A stretch of DNA of 64,000 bases from an uncultured delta proteobacterium (GTDB lineage Bacteria; Myxococcota_A; Polyangia; Polyangiales; Polyangiaceae), in assembly GCA_963850305.1 (NCBI GenBank), contig CAWKKR010000007.1, positions 256,001-320,000 on the forward strand. The letters are read 5' to 3'. The position numbers and the translations under genes are program-made. Shown one piece after another: positions 25,999-35,413 of this stretch (position 1 is the first letter of the stretch; each line of letters starts with the position of its first letter). The notes below the pieces were generated by a model. That model had not been told where the DNA came from. It worked only from the letters and a program-made list of their open reading frames with translations, and did not search any database.

Positions 25999-28673
25999 TC
26001 CTTCGGAACCGAATCGCCGCCCTGATCGCGGCGGCCGCGACGAGCTGGGTAGCGACGTCCGTCGCCGCGCCGAACTCCGGGAGCACCAGGGCGAGTCGCA
26101 AAGCGGCGAGCCGCGTCGTCAAGCCGCCTCGCCTGGTGAAATTCTACGAAGCCAATTTCCCGGCGTCGGAGCGAGCGGTGCATCACGTCGGCGACAAGGT
26201 GTCAGTCGTCCTCGACATCGACATCGACGCCGACGGAAAAGTTGCCGGCGCGACGGTCGTCACGTCGGGCGGCGATGCGTTCGACGAGGCCGCCATCGCC
26301 GCGGCCAAGCAGTTCGAGTTCGAGCCAGCCGAGATCGACGGCGTGAAGTCGCCGGTACGCATTCAATATCGCTACGACTTCACCTTGACCCCGGCGGCCC
26401 CGGTGGTGCCGAAGACGGCCGATTTCGGCGGTGTGGTCCGGGATCGGAAGACGGGGAAGCCCATCCCCGACGTCGCCGTACAGCTCGACGATCAGACGTC
26501 GAAGACGGACGCGGGCGGACGGTTTCACTTTCCGGACGCCGCGCCCGGGGTGCATGCGGTGACTCTCACCGGTCCGAACTTCACGCCCGTGGGGACCGAG
26601 GAAACCCTCGCCGCCGGCCACAAGTACGACGCGACGTACGACGTGGACGTGGAGTCAGCGGACGTCCCGCCGGACCAGCGCGCCGATTTCGAGATCGTCG
26701 TCATCGACACGCAGCTCGAGAAGTCCGTCGTCGCGACGACCGTCAGTGCCGAGCAGGGCGCACGCGTCGCGGGCACGGGTGGCGACGTCATCAAGGTCGT
26801 CGAGAACCTGCCGGGCGTCGCACGCTCGCCGCTCGGGTCCGGAGCTCTGATCGTGTGGGGCGCGGGTCCGGACGACACGCGCGTCTACGTGGACGACGTT
26901 CGGATCCCGACCCTCTATCACCAGGGTGCCTTTCGATCCGTCGTCAACTCCGATCTCGTCCAGAGTATCGAGCTCGAGCCCGGGGGCTATGGCGCGGCGT
27001 ACGGTCGAGGTCTGGGCGGGCTCGTGACGATCGGGCTCAAGCCGCTCGACGCCGACGGTTATCACGGCAGCGTTTCCCTCGACGCCATCGATGCGTCGGC
27101 GAGCGTCAGGGGATCCATCGGGGATAACGTGAGGTTCGCGGCTGCCGTACGTCGCAGTCACCTCGACTGGGTGCTTGCCCACGTCACGACCGAGGACGTC
27201 GGGGACATCATTCCGATCCCTCAATACTGGGACAGTCAGATCCGCGTTGCCTGGGTGCCACACGAAGGCGAGAGCCTCGAGGTGGGTGGGCTCCTGTCGT
27301 CCGATCACATCGATAATTCTCTCGTCGAGGCAGATCCGGCGGAGACGAAGCGAGAGACGAACGACAGCGGCTTCGATCGGGTCTACGTCCGCTACAAGAA
27401 GCAGCTCGACGACGGCAGCACCGTCACCATGACCCCGTTCTTCGGCGTCGACCGGTCCCAGGTCACGAACGTCTTCGGCTCGATTCCGGCGGACCTCACG
27501 AATGACTCCACGGTCTACGGTTTTCGCGCCGCGTGGACGGGACAGGCTGCGGACTTCCTGAGTCTCGGCGTCGGGGTCGATGCCGAGGTCGTCACGAGCT
27601 CCCTCAAGCGTCGGGGCTCGGTCACGTCGCCGCCGCGCGAGGGCGATATCTACGTCTTCGGTCAGACGCCGAGCGATCAGGTCAATGCCGATCAGTGGCA
27701 GACCACGACCGCAGGTCTCGCGCCGTTCGTGCAGGGGGACCTCGCGCTCGCCGGCGGGGCCGTGCACATCATTCCGGGTGCGCGCATCGAACCGCAGATC
27801 GTGACGGCGAGTCGCACGTCACCGCAGACGCCCAATCAGCCCGCGCTGGGGACCGAGCGCGAGAACACGGAGTTCGAGCCGCGCATTGCCGTTCGCTGGG
27901 CAGCGACGGATCGCATCCGACTCCACGCAGCCTTCGGACTCTATCACCAGCCGCCGAACCCGGAGGACCTGAGCTCCGTCTTCGGCAATCCGACGCTCGG
28001 CCCCGCGACGGCGGAGCATTACCTCGCAGGCGTTTCGTACCAGCTGTCGAAACCCGTGTCGGTGGAAGTGACGAGCTTCTACACGCACCAGTCCGACCTC
28101 GTCACGCGGAGCGCGCTACCGACGCCGCTCTCCGCTCAAGCGCTGATCCAGGACGGGCTCGGACGCACCTACGGAACACAGATCCTGGTCCGCTACGATC
28201 TCACGGGGCGTTTCTTCGGGTGGGTCAGCTACAGCCTTTTGCGGAGCGAACGCACCGACGGTGGGTCCTCCAACTACCGCTTGTTCGACTTCGACGAGAC
28301 GAACGTGTTCACCATTCTCGGGTCTTACGATCTCGGGCGCGGATACGAGATCGGGAGTCGGTTTCGATACACGACCGGCTTTCCGCGAACGCCCGTCATC
28401 GGGACGGTGTTCGACGCTCGGACCGATTCGTACGAGCCGATATTCGGAGCCCACAACTCCGTCCGGATCCCGGCCTTCTATGCGCTCGATGCGCGCCTGG
28501 CGAAGCACTTCTCGTTCGGCGGGAACGTGAAGCTCGAGGCGTATCTCGACGTCCAGAACGTCACCAATCACGGGAACGCGGAGGAGATCGTCTACAACAA
28601 CGACTACACCAGGAAGTCGTACATCACGGGGCTACCGATCCTTCCGGTGCTCGGGGCAAAGCTCACATGGTGA
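25995..28673 (+). CDS. TonB-dependent receptor with N-terminal TonB_C and carboxypeptidase-regulatory-like domains
   Basis: AFDEAAIAAAKQFEFEPA (TonB_C), GVVRDRKTGKPIPDV, plug ENLPGV...PGGYGAAYGR..GG, barrel ending GAKLTW. Confidence 0.9.
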   Translation: MILRNRIAALIAAAATSWVATSVAAPNSGSTRASRKAASRVVKPPRLVKFYEANFPASERAVHHVGDKVSVVLDIDIDADGKVAGATVVTSGGDAFDEAAIAAAKQFEFEPAEIDGVKSPVRIQYRYDFTLTPAAPVVPKTADFGGVVRDRKTGKPIPDVAVQLDDQTSKTDAGGRFHFPDAAPGVHAVTLTGPNFTPVGTEETLAAGHKYDATYDVDVESADVPPDQRADFEIVVIDTQLEKSVVATTVSAEQGARVAGTGGDVIKVVENLPGVARSPLGSGALIVWGAGPDDTRVYVDDVRIPTLYHQGAFRSVVNSDLVQSIELEPGGYGAAYGRGLGGLVTIGLKPLDADGYHGSVSLDAIDASASVRGSIGDNVRFAAAVRRSHLDWVLAHVTTEDVGDIIPIPQYWDSQIRVAWVPHEGESLEVGGLLSSDHIDNSLVEADPAETKRETNDSGFDRVYVRYKKQLDDGSTVTMTPFFGVDRSQVTNVFGSIPADLTNDSTVYGFRAAWTGQAADFLSLGVGVDAEVVTSSLKRRGSVTSPPREGDIYVFGQTPSDQVNADQWQTTTAGLAPFVQGDLALAGGAVHIIPGARIEPQIVTASRTSPQTPNQPALGTERENTEFEPRIAVRWAATDRIRLHAAFGLYHQPPNPEDLSSVFGNPTLGPATAEHYLAGVSYQLSKPVSVEVTSFYTHQSDLVTRSALPTPLSAQALIQDGLGRTYGTQILVRYDLTGRFFGWVSYSLLRSERTDGGSSNYRLFDFDETNVFTILGSYDLGRGYEIGSRFRYTTGFPRTPVIGTVFDARTDSYEPIFGAHNSVRIPAFYALDARLAKHFSFGGNVKLEAYLDVQNVTNHGNAEEIVYNNDYTRKSYITGLPILPVLGAKLTW

Positions 28674-29806
28674 CGGCGCGAGTCGCTCTAGTCGCGCTGT
28701 TCGCGGGCCTCTCGGGGATCGCGTGCAAGCCGGATCTTCCCGGTCGCCCGTCGCTCATCGAGGCGAACCGAGTCCTCACGATCCGTTCGACGCCCGCCGA
28801 GGCGAAGCCCGACGGGCAAAGCACCGTGCATTTCGACGCCCTCTACGTCGGCCCGGATGGCGCCCCCGCGCCATCGTCGCTCCAATGGTCGATCTGCGAC
28901 GCGAGGAAGCCGATCGATCTCACGAGTCCAGTCGCGCTCCAGTGTCTCGTCCCGGCGAGCAAAGATCTCGACTTCGTGAACCGAGGCGTGAGCGTCGACG
29001 GGATGCTTCCAACGGATGCGTGCAGCGTTTTCGGTCCGACGCAGCCCACCACCTCCGTGGCGGGGCAACCGCCGGCCAGACCCGTGGACCCCGATACGAC
29101 GGGCGGTTACTACCAGCCGATCCGCGTCCTTTTTCCGGTCGATGGTTCATCGGACTACGCAGTAGGCGTCACCCGGCTGGTCTGCGGGCTTCCCGAAGCG
29201 ACGCAGGAGCAAAGCGTCGACTACGCAAATCGGTACCGCCCGAACGAGAACCCCGAGGTCGATTCGTTCGTGTTGATCCACGCTTCGGGAAAACAGGAGA
29301 CGTTCGGGACGGACCCTTCTTCACCGCCGATCCAGGTCACGCCGGGAGAAGAAGTCACGTTGCGTGTTTCCTGGGCAAAATGCCCCACGGTGTCCGCGTG
29401 CGGCGATGGCATCTGCGGGCAAGACGAGGCGTCGTTCTGCGCCGCTATCAACAAGGCCTGCGTCCTCTGTCCGGCGGATTGCCCTGCGCCCTGCACGGCA
29501 CCGGGCGAGCCCGCGAACTGCGGAATCTCTCACGGCTGCACGGGTTCAGAGCCTTACGTCGATCTGGATCCGGTGACGCACACGATCGTCGCTCGTCGGG
29601 AAGGGATTCGCGTCTCCTGGTTCTCGACGGCCGGCGACTTCGAGCACGACCGCACCGGCAGTTCCGAGGCGGAGGCCGACGTGACCACGTCGGACAACAC
29701 GTGGACGGCACCCGGCGACAAGGGTCCGGTTCCACTGTGGGTCGTGCTGCGCGACGACCGGGGCGGGTCGAGCTGGGTCGAGGGGCAAGTCGATGTCGAG
29801 CCGTGA
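28667..29806 (+). CDS. Cys-rich lipoprotein coupled to the TBDR
   Basis: Overlaps TBDR stop; lipobox GIAC; CGDGIC motif; WVVLRDDRGG near C-terminus. Confidence 0.75.
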   Translation: MVTARVALVALFAGLSGIACKPDLPGRPSLIEANRVLTIRSTPAEAKPDGQSTVHFDALYVGPDGAPAPSSLQWSICDARKPIDLTSPVALQCLVPASKDLDFVNRGVSVDGMLPTDACSVFGPTQPTTSVAGQPPARPVDPDTTGGYYQPIRVLFPVDGSSDYAVGVTRLVCGLPEATQEQSVDYANRYRPNENPEVDSFVLIHASGKQETFGTDPSSPPIQVTPGEEVTLRVSWAKCPTVSACGDGICGQDEASFCAAINKACVLCPADCPAPCTAPGEPANCGISHGCTGSEPYVDLDPVTHTIVARREGIRVSWFSTAGDFEHDRTGSSEAEADVTTSDNTWTAPGDKGPVPLWVVLRDDRGGSSWVEGQVDVEP

Positions 29807-30551
29807 GCGTTTACCGACGCCTGCGGACGAGGGGATCGCCGGGTCCGAGGACTCGATCGTCGCGAACCGCAAGGCCAAGCTCGTGCTCGTCACGGACGAC
29901 CCCGCGATTGGCCCCATGCTCGACGAGCCCCTGAAGCGCGAGGGACACGAAGTGCAAGTCGTCCGCGAAGGGCGGGTGGCCTTGCAGCTGCTCAGGGCGA
30001 CGCAACCCAATCTCGTCATCCTGGATCTGGCGCTGCCGGACGTTCCCGGAACGGAGGTGTGCCGGACCCTGCGGAGCGAGCGTGCGACACGAGCAACCCC
30101 GATCATGGTCGTCAGCTCCCGGGCGGACGAGATGGACCGCGTCGTCGCCTTCGAGATCGGGGCGGATGACTTCGTCGCGGCGCCGTTCAGCGTACGCGAG
30201 GTCCTGCTCCGCGTCCGGGTGCTCCTGCGTCCACGCCCTCTCGCGCGGACGGCGCAGGTTCTTCGCGTCGGAGCGCTCTTGCTCGACGCGCACGCGCATC
30301 GCGTGTGGGTCGACTCGCGCGAGGTCATGCTCAGCGTACGGGAATTCCGGCTCCTCGAAGCACTGATGACGCGCCGAGATCGCGTCTTGCCGCGGTCTGC
30401 GCTCCTCGAAATCGTGTGGTCCGGCGCGGACGTCGGAGCCCGCTCGGTTGACGCTTACGTGACGCGCTTGAGGCGGAAACTCGGCGCCGCGCGCGACTAC
30501 GTGGAGACCGTGTCCAGCGTCGGCTATCGGTTGAAGAGCCCGAGCGACTGA
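29793..30551 (+). CDS. Atypical PhoB/OmpR-family response regulator
   Basis: DLALP, GADDFVAAPF (conserved Lys absent), RSVDAYVTRLRRKL, ETVSSVGYRL; clear paralogue of phoB at 2216. Confidence 0.88.
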   Translation: MSSRERLPTPADEGIAGSEDSIVANRKAKLVLVTDDPAIGPMLDEPLKREGHEVQVVREGRVALQLLRATQPNLVILDLALPDVPGTEVCRTLRSERATRATPIMVVSSRADEMDRVVAFEIGADDFVAAPFSVREVLLRVRVLLRPRPLARTAQVLRVGALLLDAHAHRVWVDSREVMLSVREFRLLEALMTRRDRVLPRSALLEIVWSGADVGARSVDAYVTRLRRKLGAARDYVETVSSVGYRLKSPSD

Positions 30552-30564
30552 AGGTGCCGTCACG

Positions 30565-33258
30565 TCACGACGGATGGGCCCCGGACGTCCATTCGAGCAC
30601 GGTCGCGCCGGTACGAGATTCCTGACGCTCCTGGGGGATACGCAGAGTGAATTCCGTCCCCCCACCGGCGCGGTCGCCGACTTCCACGGTTCCGCCGAGT
30701 GACGCAACCACGCGACGCACGATCGTCAGACCGAGACCCATTCCTTTGCCGACGTCCTTCGTCGTGTAAAATGGCGTGAAGATTCTCGCTCGCTCCTCCG
30801 GCCGAATACCGGAGCCGTTATCCGACACGGTGAGCGTCAAGGATCCGTCCTTGGACGACCCCTTCACGAGAACTCTCCCCGTCCCGTCGGGCGGGATCGC
30901 ATCGAGCGCGTTTTGAATCAAGTTGGTCAGCATTTGATTGAATTCCTCCGGGACGCAAACGACCCGGCCGTCGCCATCGAACGACGTCTGCACCTGAGAC
31001 CGTTCCACCCCTGCCTGTAGTACCGCCACGACATCGCGAGCGGCCTCGAACGCGTCGCGCGGCTGAAGGACCCTCGAGTAGCCTTCGCGCGAGTACCGCT
31101 GCATGAGGGTTACAGTGGCGCCGATTCTCTGAAGTCCCGTCTCGGTCACCTGAAACATTCTGCCCATTCGAGTGACTGCCGCCGAGAGCTGTCGAGCAGG
31201 CTCGCTGTTCTCGTCCCTCATCAAGTCTCTTTGCGCGAGTGAGACCAGCGCCTGCGCATCCGCCTCGATGAGAGACAACGCGTTCTTCATGTAGTTGAGC
31301 GGGTTGTTCAATTCGTGAGCCAAGCCGCCGGCGATCGTCTCCAGCGAATCCATGCTGTGCGTCAGCACCAAATCGGCCGTGGTTTCCTGTATTCGCACCA
31401 GACCGCGAACAGTGGTCACCAGTTCGCGTGTCGAGAAGGGCTTCGTCAGATAAGCACTCACCCCCGCCTCGAGACCCGCCACGCGATCCTCCGTATCGCC
31501 CCTCGCGGTGAGCATCACGATCGGGATGTGCCGCGTTCGAGCGTCAGCTCGAAGCCTTCGAGTAACCTCCATCCCGTCCATTCCAGGCATCATCAGGTCG
31601 GTAATGATCAGATTCGGCAAATATCTCGTCGCGAGTTCGATGCCCTTGTCGCCACGAGGGGCTGCGAGCACTCGAAAATGATTCCTGAGCGCCAGGTGGA
31701 TGACGCGTATCACGTCAGGCGTGTCTTCGATGACCAGGACGCTCTGGGCCCGCTCCTGCTCGTCGACGTCTCGCCCGACGACCCGTTGGTCGGTTGCCTC
31801 GTCGATATCGATGAAGCGAAACTGACTCTTCGCCTCCGCGTTCCAGTCCCCGACGTCGTGATCCGTCTCGCGCATCCCGAAGGCCCGATCTTCGTGCCGG
31901 GCGCGGCGGTCGATGCGGGACGGGTCGAAGTGGTCCTGTCCCTTGAGCAGATCCACCGTGAATATAGCGCCTCGCACGGGCGCATTCTCCCCACGGATCT
32001 TGCCACCGTGCAGCAGAACGAACTCTCGCGCCAATGAGAGACCGATGCCCGTGCCGCCGAACTTCCGGGTTCCCGTCATGTCCACCTGGAAGAATCGATC
32101 AAAAAGCGCTTCGGCCATCTCCGGCGGAAAACCCGTGCCGTCGTCCGTGACACTGATGGCCACCGAGTCGTCATTGTCCTGCAGAACGACGTCTATGTTT
32201 CCATTCGTGTGCGTGAACTTCGCTGCGTTCGACAAGAGGTTCACGAACACCCGCTCGAGGCGCTCGAGGTCGCAAAAAATCCGGCAGGTCTCGACGTTCG
32301 ATTCGAAGCTGAGCTCAATCGACTTTCGCTGGGCGAGTGGTTGCACCTGACCAACCAGCTCGCGAAGGTAGGAAACCAGATCGTGCTCCGCGACGCGTAG
32401 ACGCAGGCGCGACTCCGTCAATTTGGAAAGGTCCAGGAGGTCCCCGATGAGCTTCAGGAGCTTCACGCCGCTTCGAAGCATGGACTGCAGCGACCCGCGC
32501 TGAGGCTCGGTCAACTTTCCCATTTCGCCCTGGATCATGAGCTCGAGCGGGGCCAGAATCATGGTCAGCGGAGTTTTCAGCTCGTGCGTGATGTTTGCGA
32601 AAAACTCGGACTTGAAGCGGTCGAGTTCGCGAAGTCTCTCCAGCGTCCCGACCAGATCCGAGGACGCGCGAGCGAGCGAGGAGCGGGCGTTGAACTCCTC
32701 TCGAGCGAGACGAAAGCGGACCGCGCTCGCCGCGATCGCAAGACCGGACGTGAGAACCAGGAAGTAGAGATTGTTGCTGAACGTTCGGGGGTCGAACGTC
32801 GCGCCTCGGATTCCAAACAGAGACGCGCCGACCCAAAGGGTGACCGTGGAACCACAAAGGAAGGCCATGTACTTCCAATGCCAGTTATAAAGAAGACAGA
32901 AAGCGAGAATGGTTGCATTGAGTCCCGCGTAGTAGGGCGAGCCGTACCCTCCGAGGCGCCACATCATCACCAGAACCCCGCCTTGGCAGACCATCGACAA
33001 TGCCGCCGCGGGCCAACCGGGGTGGCGTTGAAAGACAGGCGTGTACGTCAGTGGCAGGACTAGCAACGCCAAGATCGCCGACACGAGGCGGATCAATAAA
33101 AAGTCCGCCACCTGTTCGGGATGTGTCAGCTCATCGAGTATGACCCCGGAGGGGATGGCAATCGCGGCAAGTACGGACCCGAGACGTGTGGCCGAGACGG
33201 TGGCATCGATGGTCTGCTGTTCGAAGGTCCGATCCTTGTACGCTGCGGAGGCCATCAC
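30565..33258 (-). CDS. Membrane hybrid sensor kinase TM-HK-REC-HK (PhcS/PhcR-like architecture)
   Basis: Multi-TM N-terminus with SPYYAGLN; NITHELKTP kinase; DLMMP...YLTKPF receiver; LAHELNNP second kinase; start GTG 33258 or ATG 33255. Confidence 0.9.
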   Translation of the reverse strand: MMASAAYKDRTFEQQTIDATVSATRLGSVLAAIAIPSGVILDELTHPEQVADFLLIRLVSAILALLVLPLTYTPVFQRHPGWPAAALSMVCQGGVLVMMWRLGGYGSPYYAGLNATILAFCLLYNWHWKYMAFLCGSTVTLWVGASLFGIRGATFDPRTFSNNLYFLVLTSGLAIAASAVRFRLAREEFNARSSLARASSDLVGTLERLRELDRFKSEFFANITHELKTPLTMILAPLELMIQGEMGKLTEPQRGSLQSMLRSGVKLLKLIGDLLDLSKLTESRLRLRVAEHDLVSYLRELVGQVQPLAQRKSIELSFESNVETCRIFCDLERLERVFVNLLSNAAKFTHTNGNIDVVLQDNDDSVAISVTDDGTGFPPEMAEALFDRFFQVDMTGTRKFGGTGIGLSLAREFVLLHGGKIRGENAPVRGAIFTVDLLKGQDHFDPSRIDRRARHEDRAFGMRETDHDVGDWNAEAKSQFRFIDIDEATDQRVVGRDVDEQERAQSVLVIEDTPDVIRVIHLALRNHFRVLAAPRGDKGIELATRYLPNLIITDLMMPGMDGMEVTRRLRADARTRHIPIVMLTARGDTEDRVAGLEAGVSAYLTKPFSTRELVTTVRGLVRIQETTADLVLTHSMDSLETIAGGLAHELNNPLNYMKNALSLIEADAQALVSLAQRDLMRDENSEPARQLSAAVTRMGRMFQVTETGLQRIGATVTLMQRYSREGYSRVLQPRDAFEAARDVVAVLQAGVERSQVQTSFDGDGRVVCVPEEFNQMLTNLIQNALDAIPPDGTGRVLVKGSSKDGSLTLTVSDNGSGIRPEERARIFTPFYTTKDVGKGMGLGLTIVRRVVASLGGTVEVGDRAGGGTEFTLRIPQERQESRTGATVLEWTSGAHPS

Positions 33259-34749
33259 CGGACGATTCGCAAAAACAAGTTAATGCCGCTCGGTTCGCTT
33301 CCCACGTCGATACTCGTCGGCTCGGGCAGGAGGGACCGCCCCAGAGCTTCGAGCTCTTCCGGAGAGCGATGCACCAGAAACCAGTCCAAATAGTATTCCA
33401 TCACCCAGCGGGAAGGGTTGTGCCTGGCCACGTTACCGACAATGAGCACGCCACTCGAAACCAGCGCTTCATAGAGGGTCGACAGAAGCCGTGGGAAGGT
33501 GGCTTCGCTCAGATAATCGAAGAGTCCTGCGCTGTAGATGAGTTCACGCCGTCCGAGCGCCTCGGACAAGCGGCGCGTGGTCAGGAGGCGCCGCACGGAC
33601 TCTCGGATGAAGTCGACGCGGGCGCCCGTCTCCACGGCAAGTGGCCCTAAAGTCCGTTCGCAAAAAGCGATCGAGCGTTCTTCCTGATCGATGAGTGCAA
33701 TATCGAGGCGGCGCCCAAGGTGCGGAGCGTCTTCCAGCAGTTTTCGGATCTCGCGCGTCGGTCCGCAGCCGATACTGGCGATGCGAACGCGCTCGCATTC
33801 GCTTCTTTCGATTAGCGTCCTTATCTCTGATGCGAAGTATGCGATGCGGTTGATATTTGCGCGGGCCGCGCCTTCCTGTGTGGCATAGAGGTTCAGCGCT
33901 TTTGCAAACAGGGAGTCACCCTCGGCGTGGTCGCGATACAGCATGTTCATCATTTCGTAGTCGCCGGCGTAGCCGAGGGGCTTTTGATAAGCGCGGCGTA
34001 TGAACGGGGATTCGACGAAGAGCGGCATGAAGTGCGTGCGCAGGAATGCGCGGTACATGGCGTGTTGCGTCTCCGACAGATGAGATACGAGTCGACCTAG
34101 CTCTTCGGAGAACCCATTGAGCCGGGAGACGACGAGTGGTGCTGCTTCTTCGAGGAACGTGCGCAACCCTTCTTCGCGCGTGAGTCGATCTTCGCCTTGC
34201 AACGCTGCCTCTTCCCTCGACAGAAACGTCCTCATGGCATCGAGGTAAGCGCGGACGTCGGCGACGAATGCCTTGAATTCCGGCGCAATCTGATCCAATC
34301 GCAGATCGCTTTCGGCAGCCTGCAATCGTTCAGCGAACCCGTTTCGTGCGTCGTGACGGTACAGTTCCGCCAAATTCACGCCATGGGATGCAAATTCCAC
34401 CCCGACGACGACGTGCGCTCCCCGCTCCGCGATGCGGCGAACGACCGCCGACCCTTCATAGAGCACCCCCCGCGCACACCTCATGACGATCTCGGAAAGT
34501 CTATCCCCGGCGAGGATGAGCGAGTTCGAGAGCTGGGAGCTGGGAACGACCAACGCGGCGCCCTGGGGTGACAGAATCCTCGACGACCGCCTCGAGCGCG
34601 AGTTCGGCCCGCCGGGCCAGTGCCGTGATGCGGCCCAGCTTCAGGTCTTCGACTCGAATGCGTCGGGTACGCAGGCGCTGATCGCTCTTCGGCGGAATCG
34701 ATGTGACGGACGCCGAGGTCGTAGGTGAGGGGGGCTCGGCTATGGACAT
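33255..34749 (-). CDS. PhcB-like SAM methyltransferase with N-terminal PilZ-like domain (one frameshift near 34576)
   Basis: RRAYQKPLGYAGDYEMMN, SIGCGP, IYSAGLFDYL; AGGAG RBS and ATG 34749; deleting one base gives continuous RLRTRRIR...EDLSPQG. Confidence 0.8.
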
Positions 34750-34978
34750 TGACCAACGGCTCCTTGCAGGGATGGGAGTTTCAATGAGCGTCAGGCGCAA
34801 GGCTCATCAGGAGCTCTCGCGCGACATGCGGGCACACCCCGCAGTGCGCGTGCGAAGGAATCTCCTCGACGTTGCGACCGCATCGAACACATTCTCCATC
34901 GACAACAATGTGTCTCAGACGACGTCGCCGTCACTCAGCGCGAAGGTGAAGCGGCGAAAACTCGTGTGGCGCCACTCG

Positions 34979-35402
34979 TCAGTAGTTCCGCATCGACGCG
35001 CGCGTCGTCCCCGAGGAATGAAAGCGGTGCGGAACTACCGAGCGCAGCGAGTACCGGGGGGAGGGGTTGCGTAGCAAGCCCCGGGGGGCGGGCAACGCCC
35101 CCCTTTCTTAGTAGTTCCGCATCGACGAGCAGCGTCGTCCCCGAAGGATCAAAGAGCTGCGGAACTACGCGAGCGGAGCGAGCACGCCGAAGGCGGCGGG
35201 GGGAGCGGTTGCGAAGCAAGCCGCGGGGGGCAAGGCCCCCCTTTGTTAGTAGTTCCGCATCGACGAGCAGCGTCGTCCCCGAAGGATCAAAGAGCTGCGG
35301 AACTACGCGAGCGGAGCGAGCACGCCGAAGGCGGCGGGGGGAGCGGTTGCGAAGCAAGCCGCGGGGGCCAAGGCCCCCCTTTGTTAGTAGTTCCGCATCA
35401 GT
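34979..35402. repeat. Structured REP/REPIN-like tandem array (129, 138, 138 bp units plus a partial fourth)
   Basis: AGTAGTTCCGCATC at 34981, 35110, 35248, 35386; each full unit has the inverted arm TGCGGAACTAC and several GC-GNA-GC hairpins. Confidence 0.92.
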
Positions 35403-35413
35403 TGCTTCTCGGC

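Noticed and set aside
34979..35402. CRISPR array
   Set aside because: The sequences between the conserved 14-mers are near-identical rather than unique spacers, the period (129-138 bp) is too long, and there are no cas genes.
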